Virus record (IMG/VR): IMGVR_UViG_3300029305_011318
Source of the DNA: a virus
Taxonomy: Duplodnaviria > Heunggongvirae > Uroviricota > Caudoviricetes
DNA length: 64,000 bases
Strand: one strand, 5' to 3'
The position numbers were made by a program, and so were the translations under genes. Position 1 is the stretch's first letter; each line of letters begins with the position of its first letter. Shown here piece after piece: positions 1-9,083 of the stretch. The notes under the pieces were generated by a model, which was not told the DNA's origin, did no database searches, and saw only the letters and a list, made by a program, of their open reading frames with translations.

Positions 1-105
1 AAAATCCGGAATGCCACTTTCTGTAGAAACTCCGGCTCCGCCAAAAAATACAATATTATTGGACTCATCAATAAACTTTAACAAAGTTTGAATTTTTGTA
101 TTCAT
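1..105 (-). CDS. Sir2-family NAD-dependent deacetylase, N-terminal 35 aa only; the gene continues beyond the window start
   Basis: Reverse-complement translation gives MNTKIQTLLKFIDESNNIVFFGGAGVSTESGIPDF, which contains the sirtuin GAGxSxxSGIPDF(R) motif. Start codon at 103..105. Confidence 0.6.
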   Translation of the reverse strand, partial: MNTKIQTLLKFIDESNNIVFFGGAGVSTESGIPDF

Positions 106-126
106 AACAATTACTCCTTATAGTAA

Positions 127-1192
127 TTAAGAATGTTTAAGTAAATATTCTCTGGAAACATTCTTAAAACTCTGCTGACCATCAATACTTCTATATACAA
201 ATCCTTCTCTTTTTACTTTTGGATTAATTTCACTGTAGCCATCAGCTTCTAGTTTCATCTCTTCCATAGTTTTAGGAAGTATATATTCTGTACTGATAAT
301 AGGTACATGGGTTAAATTATTCTGATTACAAAATTCAACCATTTCAATAGTTCCTAAACGAGTACCATTTACTACAAGGTTAAAAATAAATAATTGATTT
401 TCTGTAAACTTATATGGATTGCCTTGTACAGAACCAACTCCCTCACCTTGTAAAACAACTCTGTCGTAACCATTTTTTGTAGCAAAATTGATAAGAATAT
501 TTTCAATTCCATATTTATCTGCTAGTTCCCAATAAATATTAAAGTCGTGATAAGTTTCTTGATTTCTGTCTGCTTGTCTCTTTATCAGTGCTCTCAAGAT
601 AAAATGGTGCATTTTCAATTCGTGTCTCATCGGTCTTAACAATCCACTTTGGAAATTCCTTTGGATTGTCGTGCTTTTTGCCAAAAACCAAAAACATAAT
701 CTTACGACCTAACTTATATTTCATAATCTTTTGTACAAGTGGATGTTTGAATAATTTGGGGTTTCTGTTTGCCATCGCCTTATATTTTGCTTCTGGGTCA
801 ATCTTATTACTCTTTCTCTTAATATCTTTTTCACAAGAATATGTAATCTTGAGTGTTTCTGTAACATCAGTGCCAATAGCTTTATCCTTCAATTCTGGAA
901 ATAAAACAATTGGTAATGCTAATCCTTGACTAAAGACTTTAAATTTTCCTAATTTCATTGTCTTTACCTTATAATGTTTCGATTCAAGAAATGCAAATCG
1001 TTCATCAGTAGATGGACATTTACTGTCAATTTCAATATAGACTGCTGTATCCCCTACGTTAAATTCGCCTTTCTTTGCAATACATACCCAACCAAGAATA
1101 CCGATTAATTCAATATTATCTGCTCCTTCAATGGGTTTAATCCATTCGATTTTTTCAATATGTGCTAATGCTCTTTTAAATTCTTTATTCAT
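127..1192 (-). pseudogene. ATP-dependent RNA ligase-like (DRB0094/Rnl-type), disrupted by a frameshift
   Basis: ORFs 539..1192 and 127..684 overlap in different frames. N-terminal OB/tRNA-binding-like segment IEGADNIELIGILGWVCIAKKGEFNVGDTAVYIEIDS. KTDETR stands where nucleotidyltransferase motif I KxDGxR would be. C-terminal EGFVYRS...K region resembles ligase motifs V/VI. Confidence 0.45.
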
Positions 1193-1225
1193 ATATTACA
1201 ATTCTTTTTTAATTTCACTTTATAA

Positions 1226-1253
1226 TATTATATGTTTAAATTTTTCTCAAAAA
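1226..1253 (-). promoter_or_regulatory. Box-1 promoter-like motif (TTTTGAGAAAnTTTTAnnCATATAA in gene orientation)
   Basis: tattatatgtttaaatttttctcaaaaa on the + strand. This is one of about 20 near-identical copies upstream of minus-strand genes. Confidence 0.5.
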
Positions 1254-1317
1254 TTTCATTATCTCGTTAATATACAATTTCATTATTATTCAGTTTCTTT
1301 ATTGTTTAACAAACGGT

Positions 1318-1497
1318 TTATTTGATTAATACATCTGTAGCAATAAATATAATTGGCATAAATAAAACCATCATAATATTGTCTACAGGTCTATTTACAA
1401 TACATCCATCAATCAATTGTTCAAGCCAACTCCATACACCACAATATGCAAGTGTAATAACTAGAGTTAGACAAAATCTTATAATTAATCGCTCCAT
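1318..1497 (-). CDS. Small membrane protein, 59 aa
   Basis: ATG at 1497, TAA stop, hydrophobic helices. Preceded by a box-3 leader element at 1565..1588. Confidence 0.3.
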   Translation of the reverse strand: MERLIIRFCLTLVITLAYCGVWSWLEQLIDGCIVNRPVDNIMMVLFMPIIFIATDVLIK

Positions 1498-1981
1498 ATT
1501 TTAATACCTTTCAAAATCTCAAATTAAAACTCAAATGATTTTAGTTTCTATTTAAGTTTCTTCGCTAAAAGTCAGTCCTACGGTTTAGTTAATCTCTAAT
1601 TTTCTAAATACTCATCCCAAGCATTTGAAAGATAGTCTGCACCTTCTTTATCATCAGTAATAATGATTGTGTATTTTCCGAGTGTTATGGATGCAAAACC
1701 TGCACCAGATGTTTCCATAGCATCTATCATTGTTTTTATCGTTTCGTTCATTCTGTTATCCTCCTAACATTCAGTTAATCATCTAATTTATGAGTAGACC
1801 AAATGACATTTTCGTTTTCTTCTGCTAAGACTTTAATAATTACCTTAATCGCATTAGCAACACTTTTAGGTACTGTAAAATTGACAACTTCTTTACTTCC
1901 CCAATCGCAAAATTCTATATTAGTCTTTTTCATATTTACCTCTCTAAAATTCAGTTTACATTACATTATTACTGCTCTTCT

Positions 1982-2013
1982 TATACTATACGGTGTTTTT
2001 TTTATTTTGAAAG
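1982..2013 (-). promoter_or_regulatory. Box-2 promoter-like motif (CTTTCAAAAATAAAAAAnACCGTATAGTA in gene orientation)
   Basis: tatactatacggtgttttttttattttgaaag on the + strand. Sigma-A-like TTTCAA-16/17-TATAGT. Followed immediately by a box-1 copy at 2007..2034. Confidence 0.45.
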
Positions 2014-2096
2014 ATAATCATATATGTTTAAATTTTTCTCGAAATATAAAAAACACTTATTAAATACATAATAAGTGTTTCTTGAATTTTGATTTA

Positions 2097-2873
2097 TTAC
2101 ATAATTCTGATAATCTGCTCGTATAAAATAATATCTTTGTCATTGATAGCACGATTAATATGCATATGACCCATAAAATGTTTTTTATATTCGGTATTGA
2201 TTCGAATTTCTTCTAAATATTGTGTAAGCCTATCTTGTTCATATAAACCATGACCAAGTAATGCAGTCACACTTGCAGATGGACTATGTGTTATAATATA
2301 ATCTACTTTGTTATTATGTTTCTTGAGATTATCTAACCCATTTTGCATTTCTTCTTCTGTTGGAAGTTCTTCCGTCCACCAAGATAAGCCTTTAATACGA
2401 TACATGTATTTGCCTTGTTTTTCGAGATTACGGGCTTTTTCTTTCCAATCTGGGTCATTTTTGTCTAAAATACCATCAGAAATATCATGAGAAGAAGCTC
2501 CACCAAACGCAAAGAATTTTTTATCTCCTAAAGTAAATACTTCTCCACGCATTAAGTGTAATACATGTGGTCTGATTTCATGTACTTTTCCGCCATTCCA
2601 TTCTTTTACGGGATAAGTGGCTAAACGTTCATGATTTTCATGATTTCCATCTACAAATACGGTTGTAAAAGGTTTGTTTTCTAACCAATCTAACCAATTT
2701 TTTTCTTGATTGGATTCTTCCGGCATCCAAACTAATCCAAAATCACCATTAATAATTACAATATTTTCATTTTTATTGCCACTAAATTCTTTTTGTTCAT
2801 AAAAATTTTCTACATTTAATCGTCTTGGATTTCCATGAATATCTCCGGTGCTCCAAATAGATTTAATTGTCAT
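2097..2873 (-). CDS. Calcineurin-like metallophosphoesterase
   Basis: GDIHGN, GDFG, DGNHEN and GHMH phosphoesterase motifs. 258 aa. Confidence 0.75.
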   Translation of the reverse strand: MTIKSIWSTGDIHGNPRRLNVENFYEQKEFSGNKNENIVIINGDFGLVWMPEESNQEKNWLDWLENKPFTTVFVDGNHENHERLATYPVKEWNGGKVHEIRPHVLHLMRGEVFTLGDKKFFAFGGASSHDISDGILDKNDPDWKEKARNLEKQGKYMYRIKGLSWWTEELPTEEEMQNGLDNLKKHNNKVDYIITHSPSASVTALLGHGLYEQDRLTQYLEEIRINTEYKKHFMGHMHINRAINDKDIILYEQIIRIM

Positions 2874-2950
2874 ATATTCACTTCCTTTTTAAATCAATAT
2901 ACTTATTGAATCATTTTTTACACTCCTTAAACCTTGATGAAATGGAAAAT

Positions 2951-3271
2951 CTAAAGATATACGCCACTGAGTTTGAAAAACATTCTGGATACATCGCTCA
3001 TTCTTTCAATTAACTCCGTAGATTTCTTTTCTTTATCAATTATCTTCTTCATATCCTCTTCTGAAAGTTCAGTGTATTCGAGCAATCTTTTTACCCAATC
3101 TCTAAGCTTATAGAGTTCTTCTAAATCACTTGCAATACTTTCATTCTGTGATGCAATTATCTTTTCTTTTTCTTTTAGTTGTGATTCCAATTCTCTAATT
3201 CTCTTGTTATACTTTGCTCTTTCTTTATCAAACGCTAAATCTTTAGCAGATTTCTTATAATTTGATGCCAT
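2951..3271 (-). CDS. Coiled-coil hypothetical protein
   Basis: ORF with ATG at 3271 preceded by GGAGGG. K/E-rich heptad-like sequence. The tool-called TTG start at 3292 is less likely. Confidence 0.5.
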   Translation of the reverse strand: MASNYKKSAKDLAFDKERAKYNKRIRELESQLKEKEKIIASQNESIASDLEELYKLRDWVKRLLEYTELSEEDMKKIIDKEKKSTELIERMSDVSRMFFKLSGVYL

Positions 3272-3279
3272 AAACCCTC

Positions 3280-3429
3280 CTACCAAAACCAATAATCATC
3301 GTACCAATCGTCATAATAATCATCGTAATAACTGTAATATTCATCTTCACATTCATATGAATAAGGACAATCAAAATAACAATAATCGTCCCAATAATCA
3401 AAATCTCCAAAGCAACACGGACATGCCAT
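3280..3429 (-). CDS. 49-aa Cys/Tyr/Asp/Trp-rich peptide
   Basis: MACPCCFGDFDYWDDYCYFDCPYSYECEDEYYSYYDDYYDDWYDDYWFW. ATG 8 nt downstream of GTGAGGA. TAG stop abuts the RBS of the next gene. Confidence 0.35.
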   Translation of the reverse strand: MACPCCFGDFDYWDDYCYFDCPYSYECEDEYYSYYDDYYDDWYDDYWFW

Positions 3430-3672
3430 TTGTCTTATCCTCACTTTCTCTCAATAGAATTGAATTTTCAAAGACAAACTATTCGTCTTTCATTGCAACT
3501 TTTACAATTGTTCCAATAATCTGAATCAATAAATCTTCCTGTGTAATATTGTTTCTTCCAGTTAATAAAGTTCCTCTGTTAGCCATATTTTCAAAAGTTT
3601 CAATAAGTTCATATACATTAACTGTTTCGTTCATAACATATCCTCTATTTTCCTGTTAAAACTCGTGTTCTA

Positions 3673-3954
3673 TTACCAATTATATCCAAAAAGACCTACT
3701 CCAAAATCAAGTTCTTTAATCTTTTCATTTGCTTCTTCTTCAGTTTCAAACACATATTCGTTCATGTCAGAAAAGTCACAAAAGACAAACCCGCATGGTT
3801 GATTAATTTCAAATATAACAATCCCTTCATTTGGATTAATTTCATATACTTTAATAGGATATACACCATCATATGTTTGTCTAGAAACACCTATAATTCC
3901 ATATAGCGTCTGTCCAACCTCAATATTTGTGTGTATTTCATATACAAAATTCAT
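3673..3954 (-). CDS. Hypothetical protein
   Basis: 93-aa ORF, co-oriented and tightly packed. Confidence 0.4.
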   Translation of the reverse strand: MNFVYEIHTNIEVGQTLYGIIGVSRQTYDGVYPIKVYEINPNEGIVIFEINQPCGFVFCDFSDMNEYVFETEEEANEKIKELDFGVGLFGYNW

Positions 3955-3975
3955 ATCTTTAGTCTCCTTTTTGAA

Positions 3976-4941
3976 TTAAATAGCCATTTGAAACATTAAT
4001 TGCGGATTTTGTTTCATAATTTCTTCTTTTGGGTAATCAACCATTATAAAATCATCAATGGTAAAATTAAAAAAATCAGTTTTTCCATTATCTTTTAATT
4101 GTAGTCTCGGATTGTTGTTGGTGGCTTTTCGTATTAATAATTCTGCCGCGTTTCCAATGTGTCTATCATAAATTTGCACATTTTCTAATACGTGAGTAAA
4201 TTTACCAACCTTAAATCCACAATGTTTGGCGACCATCATCTGTAATGCTACATATTGTAATTCATTAATGCAAACAGATGTAGCATAATCGCTGCTTCTT
4301 TGATTCATAAGCATATCTAAATATAAGTCGTCGCCTACTTTTCTTACATTCCAAATGGTTTCATAGCAACAAGGATTTAATCCTTTTGTTGTACCTCCTG
4401 TTTCATCTTTAAAATCATCTTCTTGCCACATACACATAATATGTCTACGTCCAAATGGGTCTTTTTTGAGTCCATCTAATAATTTATTAATTAAATTATG
4501 ACGTTTTACAGTGGCTCCATAACGGCACCCAATTGTACCATCTCCAATATCCCATTCATCCCAATAATGAATGCCTAAATTATGTAAGTCTTCTAATTTA
4601 TTAGATTGCATTTGATAAATCCAAAAAATTTCTTTAATGGCACTTTTCCATGCAATTGGTCTAAGCGTAATCATTGGTGTTTCGTTTTTGGACAAATCAT
4701 AAGTTGTGATTTCATGATTAATAAAAAAAGTATGTGCCGGAGTATATAAATACCATTTATTATTTTTTTGAATTAATGACTGGTTTTCTTTCACTTTAAT
4801 GATATTGCCATCTAAGTCCATTACAGTTCTAACATCTACTAAAACTTCATCTTCATAATGTGGTCTTGGATTTTCGTCTTTATATCCTTCTGTTAATATT
4901 TTTTCTAAAATGTGTTTATGATATGTATCACCTTTCGTCAT
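3976..4941 (-). CDS. Thymidylate synthase-family enzyme; could be ThyA or a pyrimidine hydroxymethylase
   Basis: ThyA-like blocks: WKSAIKEIFWIY, GIHYWDEWD, FGRRHIMCMWQ, LNPCCY (catalytic Cys region), NQRSSDYATSVCINELQYVAL, GKFTHVLENVQIYDRH. The N-terminal R-x-DRTGTGT block is replaced by an insertion. Confidence 0.8.
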   Translation of the reverse strand: MTKGDTYHKHILEKILTEGYKDENPRPHYEDEVLVDVRTVMDLDGNIIKVKENQSLIQKNNKWYLYTPAHTFFINHEITTYDLSKNETPMITLRPIAWKSAIKEIFWIYQMQSNKLEDLHNLGIHYWDEWDIGDGTIGCRYGATVKRHNLINKLLDGLKKDPFGRRHIMCMWQEDDFKDETGGTTKGLNPCCYETIWNVRKVGDDLYLDMLMNQRSSDYATSVCINELQYVALQMMVAKHCGFKVGKFTHVLENVQIYDRHIGNAAELLIRKATNNNPRLQLKDNGKTDFFNFTIDDFIMVDYPKEEIMKQNPQLMFQMAI

Positions 4942-4965
4942 AATAATCTCCTGTTTTATTGTTTT

Positions 4966-4999
4966 ATTATATTGTACGATGTTTTTTATTTTTTGAAAG
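4966..4999 (-). promoter_or_regulatory. Box-2 variant upstream of the ThyA-family gene
   Basis: attatattgtacgatgttttttattttttgaaag. Confidence 0.35.
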
Positions 5000-5054
5000 A
5001 AAATAAAAAATATAGTGGCAAATGTTTTGATTTGCTACTATATTTTTCATGGTT

Positions 5055-6746
5055 TTATACAGAAAAATATTGAATTAAGTCAGATAAATTATTAGCAATC
5101 GCATTTACCTGTTGAATAGTATTATTAATTTGGACCACTGATTCGGCTATATCTTGAATTGTGGCTGTAATTTCTTGATTACTTGCTGCACTTTCTTGTG
5201 AAATAGCACTAAGGTCATCAATATTTTGAAGAATTGTTTGTTTACCTAAATCTAATTGAATAGTTTTATTTTGAATATTATTAGTAAGCACAATATTTTT
5301 TTGGATTGCTTCATTTAATTCTTGGAATGCTTGTGAAGCATTCATAATATTTTGTTGTTCTTGTGTAATAATATTTTTTATATTTTCGGATAAAGTAACA
5401 GAATCTGTTGATTTTTGCAATATGTCTTGAACAATATTTTGAATTGTTTCTGCGCCCAATTCACTTTGTTCGGATAATTTTTTAATTTCTTCTGCGACTA
5501 CTGCAAACCCTTTGCCTTGCTCTCCGGCACGAGCTGCTTCAATAGATGCATTTAAACTTAATAATTTTGTCTGATTGGAAATATCTAAAATTAATGCAAC
5601 TGCATCATTAATTTTTATAATTGCATTATTTGTATCGTCTATTTGTGTCGAAATTTTTGATACTGCATCTTGAGATTTTTGTGAACCTTCCAAAACAGTA
5701 TTGACAGACAAAGATGCTTGCTGATTTGCATCTTCCATAATCGTTGTTAATTGGTGTAAGGAAGAAATATCCGTATTAATTTCTGATATATGATTACTTA
5801 CAGAAATAATTTCTGTATTCATGTCTTGTGTTTCTTGTGCAATAGACGTTGCTGTAACGGATAATTCATCCATAGCAATACTTATTTGTTGCATTCCGGT
5901 AGAATTACTATCTGTAGCTTCTTGTAAATTCGTAATCATGTGGTTCATATTTAATACATTTGATTGAATATTTGTAATAATCTCATTTAATTTGTTTTTT
6001 AATATATGGGCTGTATTAATTAATTGTTGTGTTTCATTTAATATAGAATGTACTTCAATCGAATCTGTTAAAGAACCATTTGTTATATTTTCAATAATAT
6101 TTACAGTTTTTGACATTGGGGATTTTACTAATTTAGCGACTAATAATAAAATAATACTAAAAACGATTAGCAAAATGGTCCCAATTATAATGAAACCAAT
6201 CAACATTTGATTAATTGCATTTGTAACTAGTATTTCTTGTTCGCCGGCAAAAGCCATTCCAAATATTTCTCCATCCGCGTCATATACCGGAGTATAGTAA
6301 ACAAAATATTTTTTACCAGCAATATCAATATTGTGAGCTTGATAATCCTGCCCTGTTTTGACAACATCTCAAATTTCTGCATCTGCTTTGATGCCTTCAA
6401 CACGATTTCCTTTATCGTCTTTAATGGAGGAAATGAAACTTGTATCTTTTTCAAAAAGGGTTAAAACAATATCATCTTCCATTAAAGAATCAATAAATTC
6501 ATAACTGGTTTCATCTTTGCACAATATTTCTTCTGCAATGTCCCATTCAAAATATTGTTCAACTGATACTGCACATGTTTTTAATCTTAAATAAATATTA
6601 TTAACAATTTCTTTTTTTAATTGATTGGATGAATAAAATATTGTGACAAATAATGTAGTAATGAGTGGAATTAAACCAATTAAAAAAAAGGTAAAAAATA
6701 AATTCAATTTACGTTTTCTTTTCATAAATACCTCATTAATTCTCAT
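5055..6746 (-). pseudogene. Methyl-accepting chemotaxis protein gene interrupted by one in-frame TGA at 6369..6371
   Basis: ORFs 6369..6746 (TM1 plus Cache-like sensor) and 5055..6368 (TM2 plus MCP signalling domain [34 protein letters not shown]) are in the same frame, separated only by ...[17 protein letters not shown]... Confidence 0.7.
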
Positions 6747-7197
6747 TTGCAGTTAATTGTAATGATTGTTCTCTTTCTTCTAGCCATTGAATTGTTTCTT
6801 CTACCATATTATATACTTCGCTGGCTAAACCATATGTGTTTGCAATTTCTAAGATTTTTTTATCATAATCAATTTCTTCTCCAGATAAACTAATCTTCAT
6901 ATTTGCTTCTAAAAGTAAAATAAGTGATGGTGGCAAATCTTCTTTGGGTGTATATAATTTGTAATTCTGAGGTGATATAGTGTGCCAAAGTATTTCCCAA
7001 TTATAAACAAACCCCATTTTATGTAATAGTGCTTGTCCATTTTCTTCATGATTATAGTTTCCGCGCAAATGTCCTATATCATGAAGTAAGCCTAAAACAT
7101 ACATTTCTTCTTTATCAAGCCCATATTTTTCAGCATTTGCGTACATATATTCCGCAACACCATGCATATGGGCTATTCTCTCAGATGAAAGAACCAT
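6736..7197 (-). CDS. HD-domain phosphohydrolase
   Basis: LGLLHDIGH motif, 153 aa. Confidence 0.7.
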   Translation of the reverse strand: MVLSSERIAHMHGVAEYMYANAEKYGLDKEEMYVLGLLHDIGHLRGNYNHEENGQALLHKMGFVYNWEILWHTISPQNYKLYTPKEDLPPSLILLLEANMKISLSGEEIDYDKKILEIANTYGLASEVYNMVEETIQWLEEREQSLQLTANEN

Positions 7198-7214
7198 TTA
7201 TATACCTCCTATAT

Positions 7215-7418
7215 TTATACAATTTTAGTGACATTAATGGCTTTTAATTTACCATGTTCATTTGTCTCACTAAAAGACACTTGTTCGCCTTTATGTAATT
7301 TTTTATAGCGTTCATTACTGATAATATCTGAATAATGAACAAAATAATCTACACCATTATCGTTGGTAATAAAACCATAACCTTGTTTATTATTAAACCA
7401 TTTAATTTTTCCTGTCAT
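7215..7418 (-). CDS. csp: Cold-shock protein (CspA family)
   Basis: MTGKIKWFNNKQGYGFI...VHYSDI. RNP1/RNP2 cold-shock domain motifs, 67 aa. Confidence 0.9.
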   Translation of the reverse strand: MTGKIKWFNNKQGYGFITNDNGVDYFVHYSDIISNERYKKLHKGEQVSFSETNEHGKLKAINVTKIV

Positions 7419-7439
7419 TAAAAAATCTCCTTTGATATA

Positions 7440-7859
7440 TTATTTTTGCATTATTATATTGGTTTTTTGTATAAATTCTTTTCGTATATTATTGCATAAA
7501 TCATAATTTTTAGTAGAAAATAAATATTGTAAATACGAAACAGCTTCTATATAAATATCTGTTTGATTATCGTTTTGATAAAACCATTCAGTGTCTATTT
7601 TTCGGTTGCAATAAAAATGATTATGTATGGTTGTTTCTAAAGAATATAAATAAGTTGGTTTTGAAACAAAAATTTTTGTAAGATTATGTATTCCGGAATT
7701 ACTTCCTTGCAAAGATTGTATTCTTGCCGCTATATTTTTGGTTCTACCAATTTTAATATGCCCTTCATCATTTTGAACAATATAAATATAAAATTGATTA
7801 TCTGTTAATTCAGGTATATTTTTAATAAAAATTTTTCTATTATCATCAATTAATCGCAT
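7440..7859 (-). CDS. GIY-YIG nuclease (homing endonuclease-like)
   Basis: FYIYIVQNDEGHIKIGRTKNIAARIQSL GIY-YIG core. Sits directly after nrdG. Confidence 0.7.
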   Translation of the reverse strand: MRLIDDNRKIFIKNIPELTDNQFYIYIVQNDEGHIKIGRTKNIAARIQSLQGSNSGIHNLTKIFVSKPTYLYSLETTIHNHFYCNRKIDTEWFYQNDNQTDIYIEAVSYLQYLFSTKNYDLCNNIRKEFIQKTNIIMQK

Positions 7860-8524
7860 GGTTCCAAGTCTTCAATTAGTCCTTCTTCTTCTGCAAAATC
7901 TAATAAATCTACATCTTTGTAATTGGGAGCATTTTTAGTAATTAAATTATCAAAAAGTTCATCCATATCTTTATCTGCGTCGTAATAATCTTGTGCATGT
8001 AAAATAATCTGTTCCATATCTAATGTTTCCGGAACATTAATCACTCTTTGATTTTTACTGCCTTTCCATTGTAATTTAGTATCTCTTGCTTCTTCTATAT
8101 ATTCTCCATCTACAAAAACATCTGTATAATTTAAAATTTCTTTACATACAGACATATGTTCTTCATTAAGATTTTCAATATTATCTTTTCGTAAAATTTC
8201 TTCTAATGTATATCCAGAATATAACCAAATAGTTTTATTCGGATATTTCTCTTTGATTTCTTTTGCTAACGTTAAAATTTCCGGAGCGTTTGCATAATGT
8301 AGAGGGTCTCCTCCGGAAAAAGTAATGCCGGAAATATAATCTTGATTCAGTTGTGCAAAAATTTCTTGTTTTGCTGCATCATCAAATAAAATTCCACTGT
8401 TTTTATCCCATGTTTGTGGATTTTGACATCCTGCACAATGATGTGAACATCCACTAACCCATAAAACAACTCTTAGCCCATCACCATTTTTTAAATCATC
8501 ATGCGTAATATCGTGGTAATTCAT
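7850..8524 (-). CDS. nrdG: Anaerobic ribonucleotide reductase activating protein
   Basis: VLWVSGCSHHCAGCQNPQTW matches the NrdG cluster motif (compare VSGCVHECPGCYNKSTW). ATG at 8524 with AAGGAGG 8 nt upstream. Acidic C-terminal extension. Confidence 0.85.
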   Translation of the reverse strand: MNYHDITHDDLKNGDGLRVVLWVSGCSHHCAGCQNPQTWDKNSGILFDDAAKQEIFAQLNQDYISGITFSGGDPLHYANAPEILTLAKEIKEKYPNKTIWLYSGYTLEEILRKDNIENLNEEHMSVCKEILNYTDVFVDGEYIEEARDTKLQWKGSKNQRVINVPETLDMEQIILHAQDYYDADKDMDELFDNLITKNAPNYKDVDLLDFAEEEGLIEDLEPCD

Positions 8525-9053
8525 ATTCGTACTCCTCCTTATACATAAAAATATACCCACCTGTAGTTTTTCTTCGGTGTTTTAGAACTGCAATTACATT
8601 AGGTTGACAAAAACCAAAATCTTTAACTTTTTCAATAGCACTATATTCTCTAATAACATGAAAATCGGGGTCAAGCTGTACAATAATTTTTCGACACTTA
8701 TGGGGATTCATTCTGTTTTTTTTAGAAATTCGCTCTCCTCTCGTTCCATAATTGCTATTATATTTTGTGGTGCACCATTCTAAATTTGTTAATTTAGGAT
8801 TTTGTTTATTTTCATCTTTATGATTAATTTCTGGCAGGTGAAGTGGATTCGGAATAAAAACCTTTGCCACTAATCTGTGAACTTTAAAGCAATATTTAGA
8901 ACCGTTTTTAAATAGTTGTATTTGAAGATAACCTTTAGAATCCAACCAGGGTTTTAAAAATTTATTAGTTTTAGTCGAATAAATATCTCCATTTTGATTA
9001 ATTAAATAATCTTCAAATCCTGGTATGGGAATCATATTATTGTCATAACTCAT
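8499..9053 (-). CDS. HNH homing endonuclease (NUMOD4 plus HNH_3 type)
   Basis: IPGFEDYLINQNGDIYS, KVHRLVAKVFIPNP, NHKDENKQNPKLTNLEW. Ends with TGA. Its 3' end overlaps the nrdG RBS and start. Confidence 0.75.
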   Translation of the reverse strand: MSYDNNMIPIPGFEDYLINQNGDIYSTKTNKFLKPWLDSKGYLQIQLFKNGSKYCFKVHRLVAKVFIPNPLHLPEINHKDENKQNPKLTNLEWCTTKYNSNYGTRGERISKKNRMNPHKCRKIIVQLDPDFHVIREYSAIEKVKDFGFCQPNVIAVLKHRRKTTGGYIFMYKEEYEYELPRYYA

Positions 9054-9083
9054 GTGTGGTTTTTCCTTTTCATTTAAAATTGT

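Noticed and set aside
539-684. Programmed ribosomal frameshift in the RNA ligase gene
   Set aside because: No slippery heptamer or stimulatory structure is evident in the overlap. In addition motif I reads KTDETR instead of KxDGxR, so gene decay or a sequence error is the simpler explanation.
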